64,000 nt of DNA from the IMG/VR virus record IMGVR_UViG_3300042897_000994, positions 1 through 64,000 of that record; one strand, 5' to 3'. How positions within the stretch are numbered: the first letter of the stretch is position 1; each line of letters starts with the position of its first letter. The DNA is from a virus. This document shows, one piece after another, positions 40,671 to 48,556 of this stretch. Below the pieces are notes generated by a model. That model made no database searches. It was given only the letters and a program-made list of their open reading frames with translations, and was not told the DNA's origin. The position numbers and the translations under genes are program-made.

Positions 40671-41591
40671 ATGGCAAATGAATTCGACATTTTCAATCTA
40701 GGGGTCAATGACATTGACACCTACACAAGAGAAGCTTCCGGCGGAAGTGATCTCTTCAAACCCACAGCAGATCAAGGTAAAGACGGAGTCTACAAAGCAT
40801 TAGTTAGATTCGTACCTAATCCAAAGAATCCCCAAAAATCAATTATTAGAAAATTTGTTTATTGGCTGGAAGATGGTGCAGGTAACGGAGGTTACTATGA
40901 TTCACCTTCTACAGTAGGAGAAAAATGTCCTGTACAGGATCTTTTCTTTAAACTGAGAAATTCTGAATCGGCAGTAGACAAAAAGATGTCTGAAAAACTG
41001 AAAAGAAGAGAAATTTTCTATTCTTTAATTCAGATTATCAAAGACTCAAACAGTCCTGATCAAGAGGGTTCTATTAAAATTTTCAAGTACGGTTACAAAA
41101 TTAAAGAAAAAATTGATGCCGAGTTGAATCCAGAGTTTGATGAACCTACACAGGTTTTTGATTTATTCGAAGGTAAAAACTTTGAAATGATCATCACCAA
41201 ACAAGCTGGTTACAACAACTACGACTCATCAAAATTTCAAGGAAAAAGAACTCCAATTTTGGTAAACGGAAAAGCAGTTGAAAAAGATGCAGAAGGTAGA
41301 AAGCAAATTTTAGAATATCTAAATTCTTCTCCTTCTCTAGATTCTTTTGACTACAAACCTTGGGATGATGCAACTCGATCTAAAATTGAAGATATTTTGA
41401 ATCAATATAGATCTCCAGGTTCAGCAATATCCACGGTCTCTTCCAAGAAGAGCCAAACTTCTGAATCCGCATCATTTGATAGTTTTGGTTTTGATGAACC
41501 TAAAGCTTCGGCACCTGCAACTTCAACTTCATCGGCATCTGAAGAAGATTCGGATGATCTAGATGAATTCTTGAAGGGTCTTGACATCTAA
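40671..41591 (+). CDS. Single-stranded DNA-binding protein, T4 gp32-like
   Basis: ALVRFVP, SPSTVGEKCPV, KIFKYGYKIKEKI, FDLFEGKNF, YNNYDSSKF, and an acidic tail DDLDEFLKGLDI. Confidence 0.9.
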   Translation: MANEFDIFNLGVNDIDTYTREASGGSDLFKPTADQGKDGVYKALVRFVPNPKNPQKSIIRKFVYWLEDGAGNGGYYDSPSTVGEKCPVQDLFFKLRNSESAVDKKMSEKLKRREIFYSLIQIIKDSNSPDQEGSIKIFKYGYKIKEKIDAELNPEFDEPTQVFDLFEGKNFEMIITKQAGYNNYDSSKFQGKRTPILVNGKAVEKDAEGRKQILEYLNSSPSLDSFDYKPWDDATRSKIEDILNQYRSPGSAISTVSSKKSQTSESASFDSFGFDEPKASAPATSTSSASEEDSDDLDEFLKGLDI

Positions 41592-41593
41592 AA

Positions 41594-42667
41594 ATGCCAA
41601 CAAAATTGTCTACAGACAAAATAAGTCGGGAAGAGATAACTCTGAAGATTGAGCAGGTCTTAGACAGATGTCACGGCAATTTAGAAAAAAGAAGAGCAAG
41701 AGAATCTCACAGCAGGCTTAATTTTGCTTGTCCATATTGCGGAGATTCTTCTTCAGACATGAGAAAGAAGAGGGGCAACCTATACTGGGAGTCCCTCTCT
41801 TTCCATTGTTTTAATTGTAATAAACATCGAGATCTAGATGCATTTTTACGTGATTTTGATAATGGCTTCGAAGGAGAAAAAAGGCTAAGCTTAGTAAATT
41901 TCTTGAGAGAAAGAGCTACTTACAACATACCTAAAACTCTAGACTTTTATCTTTTTCAGAAAATAGAAGAGCTCGCAATTACCAAAGCAGAATTATTTTC
42001 TGCTCTCAATGTTTATCCGATAAATTCAAATACAAAACGAGCATATCCATATCTACAAAGCAGACTGTTAACTCATCGCCTTGAAAATTTTGGATATGAT
42101 CCAAAGAGAAGAACTCTATATGTATTTAATTTTAATTCTGATAAAACTAAGATCATAGGTTATCAGACTCGTTATTTAGAAGATTCTGCTTCCAAATATT
42201 TGAGTTATAATCTTTTTAGAATGAGAGAAAAATTGAATCAACCTGAAGTAGAAATAAATGATACTGATAAAGATTCAATAAATAGAATATCAATGCTGTT
42301 TGGTATTCTGCAAATAGATCTTTCTCGAATCTTCACCATCTTCGAAGGCCCCATAGATGCAATGTTTATGAAAAATTCTTTGGCTTTAACTGGAGTAAGC
42401 AAAAGCACATTTAACTTTGATGAACTTGATTCTGTAAGGTACATGTTAGATAATGATTATGAAGGAAAGAGAAAAATGGTTGAAAAACTAAAACTTGGAA
42501 AAAAGGTTTTTATGTGGAGAAAGTTTATTGAAGAAAATAGACTCTCTAGACATAAAATTAAGGACTTAAACGATTTAGTTAAAGTTGCATATAAAGAAAA
42601 AAGAGATGTTTTGAGAGAAATCAATCTTTATTTTACAGATAACTCAAAAGATCTAATATATGTATGA
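41594..42667 (+). CDS. DNA primase, T4 gp61-like
   Basis: NFACPYCGDS...KKRG...FHCFNC zinc ribbon; FEGPIDAMF and LDND TOPRIM motifs. Confidence 0.9.
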   Translation: MPTKLSTDKISREEITLKIEQVLDRCHGNLEKRRARESHSRLNFACPYCGDSSSDMRKKRGNLYWESLSFHCFNCNKHRDLDAFLRDFDNGFEGEKRLSLVNFLRERATYNIPKTLDFYLFQKIEELAITKAELFSALNVYPINSNTKRAYPYLQSRLLTHRLENFGYDPKRRTLYVFNFNSDKTKIIGYQTRYLEDSASKYLSYNLFRMREKLNQPEVEINDTDKDSINRISMLFGILQIDLSRIFTIFEGPIDAMFMKNSLALTGVSKSTFNFDELDSVRYMLDNDYEGKRKMVEKLKLGKKVFMWRKFIEENRLSRHKIKDLNDLVKVAYKEKRDVLREINLYFTDNSKDLIYV

Positions 42668-42872
42668 CAAGGTAATGGAAGATCTCGATAAATTTTTCGA
42701 TGAAAAAAATAATAGAGATAAAAAATTGAAATTTTTTGTTGAAATCGAGACTTCTGATGTTAATATAGAAGAACACCCCTTTATCTTTCCAGAACCAATC
42801 CAAAAGAAAAAAACTATAGTCAGGGTTGCGACTAAAAGAAAGGGTAAAGATAGCAAAGATAATCTATTCTAA
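42660..42872 (+). CDS. Hypothetical protein
   Basis: 70 aa, coupled on both sides, ends KDNLF. Confidence 0.65.
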   Translation: MYDKVMEDLDKFFDEKNNRDKKLKFFVEIETSDVNIEEHPFIFPEPIQKKKTIVRVATKRKGKDSKDNLF

Positions 42873-43312
42873 TGAATCGTGAAGAACTAGAAGCAAAAAC
42901 TCTTGAATTAGAAGAAACTCTAATCCGCGACAGAGATAAATGGAGCAATAAGATTAGAGAACTTATTGCTATGATGAAGAATGTAAATGACATTCCAGAA
43001 GCACAAGTATATATGCTTTCTTATCGTCAAATGCTACTTGATTCTATTTCTTCTTTTCAAACAAGCTTATACAAAAAGAATGTTAGCTTTGATACTTACT
43101 ATAAAAAGAAATTTAGAGAATACACTCTAGATTACGACATAAAATTGAACGGAGGTGAAAAGGAAAAGATGATTAGAGCCGATTTAACCCTCGTTCAAAG
43201 ACAAATACATCTTCTGGAATCTCATATTGATTATTACAGGGAGTGCATCAGAACTCTAGATAATATGGGGTTTGCTATTAGAAATAGAATAAGAGTTGCA
43301 GAAGAGTTTTAA
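42872..43312 (+). CDS. uvsY: Recombination mediator, UvsY-like
   Basis: Helical 146 aa ending LDNMGFAIRNRI, immediately upstream of the UvsW-like gene. Confidence 0.65.
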   Translation: MNREELEAKTLELEETLIRDRDKWSNKIRELIAMMKNVNDIPEAQVYMLSYRQMLLDSISSFQTSLYKKNVSFDTYYKKKFREYTLDYDIKLNGGEKEKMIRADLTLVQRQIHLLESHIDYYRECIRTLDNMGFAIRNRIRVAEEF

Positions 43313-43326
43313 AAAAATAAAGAAAA

Positions 43327-44835
43327 ATGGATTTAAGACTTTCTGATGATAAGAGATTTTTAATCATTGAAAGTTGTACTGAAATGGAGTACGAACAGCT
43401 AAAGCTGTCTCTGACTAAAAAGATCGATGGCTGGAGATTTCACCCTCTAGTTAAAAAGAAATTATGGGACGGAAATATCAGTTTCATAAAAGGAAATAAA
43501 ATTCCGGCAGGTCTCTGGAAAGAGGTACTCGACATTGGCCAAGAATATAGTTTCGTGGTTAATATGAAAGGTACAACTATACTTTTTGATTCTGAAATCA
43601 AAGAAGAAGAATTTATTGCATGGGCAACTGAATTCTTCAAAAAACATCCTAAATACAAACCGAGGGACTATCAAATTCAAGCAGCTTATAGAATTTTAAG
43701 ATATAGAAGATGTCTTGCAGAGCTCGCAACATCAGCCGGAAAGACTCTTATATCTTTTATGGTAATTGCGTATTTGTTAGAAGTTTTAAAGAAAAAGAGA
43801 ATACTCTTTATTGTTCCTAACGTATCTCTGGTTCTTCAAGCAACCGAAGATTTTGATGAATATAATTTAAAAGAGAGAGTACCTCTCAAAATTCAGCAAA
43901 TTTACGCAGGTGCAAAAATTAAAGCAAGTTCTAATATTGTAGTTGGAACATATCAATCTCTGGTCAAAAAGCCTGCAGATTATTATGAGAGCTTTGATGT
44001 AGTTATGATCGATGAAACTCACAAAGCAAAATCAAATTCAATAAGATCGATTCTTGATCAGTGCTGGCACTGTGATTATAGATTTGGTCTTTCTGGAACA
44101 ATTCCTAAAAGAGGAACTGTAGACAGATTAACCCTGATGGCATGTACTGGGCCTCTTATCACAAATGTAAGTGCTAATTATCTTCAGCAAGAAGGCCACG
44201 TTTCTCTTTGTAAAGTTCATATTTTTGAAATGGATTATGCTTCTAACGAACAAAAAGAAGCTTTCTATTTCTTGTCAAAAACTCCAGAAGACAGAAAAAA
44301 GCTTTTTTCCCTAGAACAGAATTTTATAGTAGGTTCTTTAAAAAGAAGAGAATTTATCACTAAAGTAATTGCTAGTTCGACGAACAATAGCTTGGTTTTA
44401 TTCTATCGAATTGAACAAGGAGAAGCCTTGTATAATGAGCTAAGACAACTTCCAGACAAAGAAGTCTACTATGTAGACGGCGGAACTGATAAGGATATCA
44501 GAGAAGTTTATAAGAAGAAAATGGAAGGTGGAGATAATGTAATTCTAGTTGCCTCATTTGGAACCTTTTCAACCGGTATCTCTGTACAAAACATTCATAA
44601 TATCTTCTTAACCGAATCTTTTAAATCTGAAGTAATTATCAGGCAGTCTATCGGTAGAGGTTTGAGAAAGCACAGCTCAAAATCAATGTTGAATATCATC
44701 GATTTTGTAGATGATTTTCGCTACAATGAAGGCGGCAAATATTGGACCAATTACTTATATAAACATTCAGAAACTCGAATAGAGATCTACAAAGACCAGA
44801 AGTTTCCGTATGAAGTGAAAAAATTCAAATTCTAA
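43327..44835 (+). CDS. uvsW: SF2 DNA helicase, UvsW-like
   Basis: PRDYQ, LATSAGKT, IDETH, GLSGT, TFSTGIS and QSIGRGLR motifs. Confidence 0.92.
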   Translation: MDLRLSDDKRFLIIESCTEMEYEQLKLSLTKKIDGWRFHPLVKKKLWDGNISFIKGNKIPAGLWKEVLDIGQEYSFVVNMKGTTILFDSEIKEEEFIAWATEFFKKHPKYKPRDYQIQAAYRILRYRRCLAELATSAGKTLISFMVIAYLLEVLKKKRILFIVPNVSLVLQATEDFDEYNLKERVPLKIQQIYAGAKIKASSNIVVGTYQSLVKKPADYYESFDVVMIDETHKAKSNSIRSILDQCWHCDYRFGLSGTIPKRGTVDRLTLMACTGPLITNVSANYLQQEGHVSLCKVHIFEMDYASNEQKEAFYFLSKTPEDRKKLFSLEQNFIVGSLKRREFITKVIASSTNNSLVLFYRIEQGEALYNELRQLPDKEVYYVDGGTDKDIREVYKKKMEGGDNVILVASFGTFSTGISVQNIHNIFLTESFKSEVIIRQSIGRGLRKHSSKSMLNIIDFVDDFRYNEGGKYWTNYLYKHSETRIEIYKDQKFPYEVKKFKF

Positions 44836-44836
44836 A

Positions 44837-44851
44837 GATATATAAAAAAAA
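44837..44851 (+). promoter_or_regulatory. Putative late promoter GATATATA plus A-run
   Basis: Upstream of the 44864/45713 gene pair. Confidence 0.65.
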
Positions 44852-44863
44852 TTATTTTTAAGG

Positions 44864-45697
44864 ATGCAACCAATACAGAAATTTTCTGATTACTTCAAAG
44901 GTTATCAGACTACACAAGAAGCTATTCGCGAAGCAGATCTTCAAAAAGAATACGGTGAAGTTTTCATGTCTCTTTTGAAAAAATATGGAGTTAGTAGTCC
45001 AGCAGAGCTAGACGAAGAAAAGAAGAAAGAATTTTTCGATGAAATCGGAGGTCTTTATAAAAAGGGAGAAGGTCAAACTGCTAAGGGCGAAGAATTAGTA
45101 GACACTGAAAAACCTGAGCCCGTTAAAGAAGAGGAAAATGAAGAAGAGGAAGAAGAAGACGAAGAAGGTGTGAAGATTCCTAAAAAGAAAGACGAAGAAA
45201 CAGCTGCAGAAATAGAAGCAGAAATCGATGATATGGGTGAACCTAAAGATTCTGAAGATAAAGGAGATGAAGTTCCTAAAGACTCAGAAGAAGTCGAGGT
45301 AGAAGTTGAAGAAGAACCTGCAGCACCAGAAGCTGGAACTGAGGTTGATAAAGAAGAAGATAAAGAAACTGACAAAGATATTGAAGCTGAGATTGATGCA
45401 ATGGGTGAACCTAAAGATTCTGAAGATAAAGGAGATGAAGTTCCCGCCGATGCTGAAGAAGTTGAAGTAGAAGTTGAAGAAGAACCTGCAGCACCAGAAG
45501 CTGGAACTGAGGTTGATAAAGAAGAAGATAAAGACACAGCAAAAGAAATCGAAGCTGATAAAGTTGAAATGGGTAAACCAAAGAAAGCTGTTATGAGTTT
45601 TGATGAATTTGTTTCTTCTAAGAATGAGTCTACTACCAAAGGAGAAGAATCCGAATTAGAGGATGAAGATTTGGATGATGTAGACGATCTTGGGTAA
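44864..45697 (+). CDS. Very acidic putative prohead core / internal protein
   Basis: LKKYGVSSPAELDEEKKKEFF motif, Glu/Asp-rich, capsid-targeting-like motifs at both ends. Confidence 0.55.
   Translation: MQPIQKFSDYFKGYQTTQEAIREADLQKEYGEVFMSLLKKYGVSSPAELDEEKKKEFFDEIGGLYKKGEGQTAKGEELVDTEKPEPVKEEENEEEEEEDEEGVKIPKKKDEETAAEIEAEIDDMGEPKDSEDKGDEVPKDSEEVEVEVEEEPAAPEAGTEVDKEEDKETDKDIEAEIDAMGEPKDSEDKGDEVPADAEEVEVEVEEEPAAPEAGTEVDKEEDKDTAKEIEADKVEMGKPKKAVMSFDEFVSSKNESTTKGEESELEDEDLDDVDDLG
45212..45583 (+). repeat. 168-bp (56-aa) intragenic tandem repeat, a little over two copies
   Basis: atgggtgaacc or atgggtaaacc at 45233, 45401 and 45569. Confidence 0.9.
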
Positions 45698-45712
45698 TCA
45701 CAAAAAAATGAA

Positions 45713-46843
45713 ATGAAGCACATTAAACTATTTGAAGAATTCTCGGCCACATTCGAGGCTCAAACCAAGCTAACACCTGAGCAAGAGAAGTTCTTAAATA
45801 GGTCAGTAGGAGGAACTTGGTCTTTGAATCCTCAGACAGGACTTGTTGATGTAGATGGCTATGTCAACTGTTCTAATGAGGGTCTACAAGATCTTAAAGG
45901 CGTCAGATTCGGGAACGTAAGTGGGAGTTTCTCGTGCAGCTATAATAAGCTCACAAGTCTGGCAGGAGCACCACAGACCGTTGGTAAGGATTTCCATTGT
46001 GATATGAATAAGCTCACCTCACTGGTGGGAGCACCACAGGCTGTTGGGGGGATAAATGCCTTTACTGTATCAGGCACTACGGGGAGTTTCTGGTGTATGA
46101 ACAATCAGCTCACCTCACTGGTGGGAGCACCGCAGGCTGTTGGCGGGGATTTCCGTTGTCATAACAATGTGCTCACCTCTCTAGAGGGAGCACCTCAGAC
46201 CGTTAAATGGGGTTTCCTTTGTAGTAACAATCAGCTCACCTCTCTAGTGGGAGCACCAAAGACCGTTGGTAAGGAATTCGATTGTAGTAACAATCAGCTC
46301 ACCTCACTGGTGGGAGCACCTCAGAAGGTTGGTGACGAATTCGATTGTAGAAATAATCCTCAACTTACCTCATTAGAAGGAGCGCCGAAAGCAAAGAGAA
46401 TTGCTAGTGATATTAATAAAACCACGGTGGCTCCGCGGTCTTTTTCTATTGCCAGCGAATTCGAGGATTATGAAAATGGCAAAACTTATGATCTACAGGG
46501 TGAATGGGAAGATTTTAATTTTTCTGTTAAAGGAGACACCGTAATCTTTTCTGGTAAAGCTTATATAGGTGATGTAAAAGGAAGTTATAGTGATAAAAGG
46601 GGTTTAGAAATGACCATGATGGTTGATATATTCACATTTGCAGATTGGTTTAAAGATAATCCTGTAAAGATCATATATAGAGTCAACAAAATCAAACCTG
46701 AAGATGTAATTGGTGATATTCATAACACCCTTGCCGCAATTAATGACTCTGGGACTGATTGGGAATCAGTAAAAGATGTTAGTAAATTTCTTAGAGATAA
46801 TGGATTAAAAACTACATCTAAAATATTAGAGCCTGAAGATTAA
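45713..46843 (+). CDS. Leucine-rich-repeat protein with a capsid-targeting-like N-terminus
   Basis: Starts MKHIKLFEEF. Seven LTSLxGAP units with linking VxxxFxCxxNx segments. Unrelated C-terminal domain. Confidence 0.85.
   Translation: MKHIKLFEEFSATFEAQTKLTPEQEKFLNRSVGGTWSLNPQTGLVDVDGYVNCSNEGLQDLKGVRFGNVSGSFSCSYNKLTSLAGAPQTVGKDFHCDMNKLTSLVGAPQAVGGINAFTVSGTTGSFWCMNNQLTSLVGAPQAVGGDFRCHNNVLTSLEGAPQTVKWGFLCSNNQLTSLVGAPKTVGKEFDCSNNQLTSLVGAPQKVGDEFDCRNNPQLTSLEGAPKAKRIASDINKTTVAPRSFSIASEFEDYENGKTYDLQGEWEDFNFSVKGDTVIFSGKAYIGDVKGSYSDKRGLEMTMMVDIFTFADWFKDNPVKIIYRVNKIKPEDVIGDIHNTLAAINDSGTDWESVKDVSKFLRDNGLKTTSKILEPED
45950..46390 (+). repeat. 63-bp (21-aa) LRR repeat array
   Basis: ctcacctcactggtgggagcacc-like cores at 45950, 46013, 46109, 46172, 46235, 46298 and 46364. 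Confidence 0.9.
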
Positions 46844-46861
46844 TCAAAATTGATTCTAGAT

Positions 46862-46893
46862 AAAAAAGAGGTCACCTATGGCCTCTTTTTTTT
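46862..46893 (+). terminator. Intrinsic terminator
   Basis: AAAAAAGAGGTCA-CCTA-TGGCCTCTTTTTTTT. Confidence 0.85.
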
Positions 46894-46946
46894 GTTTACA
46901 TAATTACTTATTATAATAAAAAAAGAATGCCCTAAAATGCACGAGA

Positions 46947-47402
46947 ATGAATTCGATGATTTTAATTGGTTCCCTGACCATCCCTTCAGTCAGCCCGCTA
47001 AACCTATTACAGGAACTATATCGGGAGAATCCCTGGAAGATGCTGGTATGTTGTCTATTTCTGAATCAGACAACCAGAAAGCAAGTCGACAAGATCCGTG
47101 AAGAATTTTTCTTAAGATATCCGTCTCCTCAAGATCTATTAAAAACTGGAGATGAAGAAATTGAAGATCTGATCAAATCTCTAGGGTTTAAAAGAGTTAG
47201 AACACAAAGACTAAAGAGATTCTCTCTAGAATTTATTTCTAAAGAATGGAAAGAACCTATTGAGTTACATGGAATAGGGAAGTATGCCCAAGAATCTTGG
47301 GAAATATTTCAGAAGCTCAACTTCAATGTTCAACCTACAGATGGAGCTTTAATCGATTATTTGAACTGGTTGGAAATATATAAAACAAATGGCAGGAATT
47401 AG
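46947..47402 (+). CDS. HhH-GPD DNA glycosylase, MBD4 catalytic-domain-like
   Basis: SPLNLLQE....PWKMLVCCLFLNQT, YPSP, LIKSLGF..VR, WKEPIELHGIGKYAQESWEIF and VQPTD (catalytic Asp) parallel the MBD4 glycosylase domain. Confidence 0.85.
   Translation: MNSMILIGSLTIPSVSPLNLLQELYRENPWKMLVCCLFLNQTTRKQVDKIREEFFLRYPSPQDLLKTGDEEIEDLIKSLGFKRVRTQRLKRFSLEFISKEWKEPIELHGIGKYAQESWEIFQKLNFNVQPTDGALIDYLNWLEIYKTNGRN
47375..47385 (+). promoter_or_regulatory. Putative late promoter inside the 3' end of the glycosylase gene
   Basis: AATATATAAAA just upstream of the ATG at 47389. Confidence 0.5.
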
Positions 47403-48540
47403 TACATTAGATTCTTTTTACAAAAAAGAGGGAAAAGAAAAACTAGATAATCTTCTCAAGAATTATGTAGTGATAGTTGAGAAGTTTTCAGCTTGTAATT
47501 TTTACATTCAAAGATCGGGTGATCAGGTTTCTTTTTATAAGAAAGATGATCAAAACATGATAGGACTAATAGATAGAACTTTTACGCAATTATACGAAAA
47601 GGCTATTTCCCATTTTTTGAAATTTGACTCTACGGACTTTCCAGAAAACTATAGATTTGGTTTTGAATATTTTCCAAATAATAAACCCGGAGAGATTGAA
47701 TATATCAGTATTCCTGAAAATTCTTTAGTTCTAACGAGAATAATGATTAAAAATTCAGCAGGTAAAACTGTAAAAGTAATTGATGATGATAAAGTTCTAG
47801 AAAACTGGGCGAGCATTTTAGACGTTTCATACAACACTCCAATTTTTTCTGGTGAGCTTTCTGATAAACAGAGAAATACTCTTGTAGAAATGGTGATTAA
47901 TTCTTCAGACAATGTAAAACGTAAATTTCTTTCTCTTTTTGAATCATATGAAGCACCAGCTCAAAGTGACACTTTCGATTCATATATCTTTAAAATTGTT
48001 TCACCGGGATCTGTTAAAAAATATAAATTTGTAGATGTTTCTGTTCCTCTCACTGAAAAAACTTCACAAGAAGCAAGACGAGGTTCTGTGGATTCCGTTT
48101 CAATTTTAATCTTAGATGTTTTAGATTTTATCGAAAGTGAAGGACTTCCTCAACTGTTATCGGGCTCAAATGACGAGGAAAAATACATTGATCTTATTTC
48201 CCAACTGTACAATAGGTACATGAGTAAATATGAGAGTGGAGTTGCTGGAATGACTTTTGATAAAAAGGACTTTGCAGATTCTCCAGAGTTTGATGTTAAT
48301 TTAAACATGATTAAAAATCCAACAACTCTACGGTTTTTGGAAAAATCGGATACCAACAAGACTATATTTAAAATTCTTCTAAACTCATTTAGAAAGTATA
48401 GAGATACAGAAATGGCAAATGATGTCTTAACCCCACAGGTATTAAAAGACTTTAATCTTAGAGTTGATGAAATCAAATCTCTAAGCAAGAAAATCTCAAA
48501 TGATATAAAGACCTTTTCTGAATTTGTAGGTGATATATAA
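47389..48540 (+). CDS. RNA-ligase-like (nucleotidyltransferase-fold) protein, possibly degenerate
   Basis: VIVEKFSACNF resembles motif I of Rnl2 (EKxxGxNF); FGFEYF resembles motif III. C-terminal IKTFSEF. Confidence 0.4.
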   Translation: MAGISTLDSFYKKEGKEKLDNLLKNYVVIVEKFSACNFYIQRSGDQVSFYKKDDQNMIGLIDRTFTQLYEKAISHFLKFDSTDFPENYRFGFEYFPNNKPGEIEYISIPENSLVLTRIMIKNSAGKTVKVIDDDKVLENWASILDVSYNTPIFSGELSDKQRNTLVEMVINSSDNVKRKFLSLFESYEAPAQSDTFDSYIFKIVSPGSVKKYKFVDVSVPLTEKTSQEARRGSVDSVSILILDVLDFIESEGLPQLLSGSNDEEKYIDLISQLYNRYMSKYESGVAGMTFDKKDFADSPEFDVNLNMIKNPTTLRFLEKSDTNKTIFKILLNSFRKYRDTEMANDVLTPQVLKDFNLRVDEIKSLSKKISNDIKTFSEFVGDI

Positions 48541-48545
48541 AAAAA
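48532..48545 (+). promoter_or_regulatory. Putative late promoter in a hairpin loop
   Basis: TTTGTAGG-[TGATATATAAAAAAAT]-CCTATAAA, just before the ATG at 48557. Confidence 0.65.
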
Positions 48546-48556
48546 TCCTATAAAAT

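Noticed and set aside
45073-45750. 225-aa Ser-rich minus-strand ORF and other short antisense ORFs
   Set aside because: They are antisense shadows of GAA/GAT-rich or otherwise well-supported + strand genes, with no promoter motif or recognisable domain.
45950-46390. Diversity-generating retroelement target
   Set aside because: No reverse transcriptase or template repeat in the window, and the differences are not limited to adenines.
46947-47402. Eukaryotic or giant-virus origin of the contig because of the MBD4-like and histone-like genes
   Set aside because: Operonic overlaps, intrinsic terminators and T4-like tail and replication genes indicate a bacteriophage.
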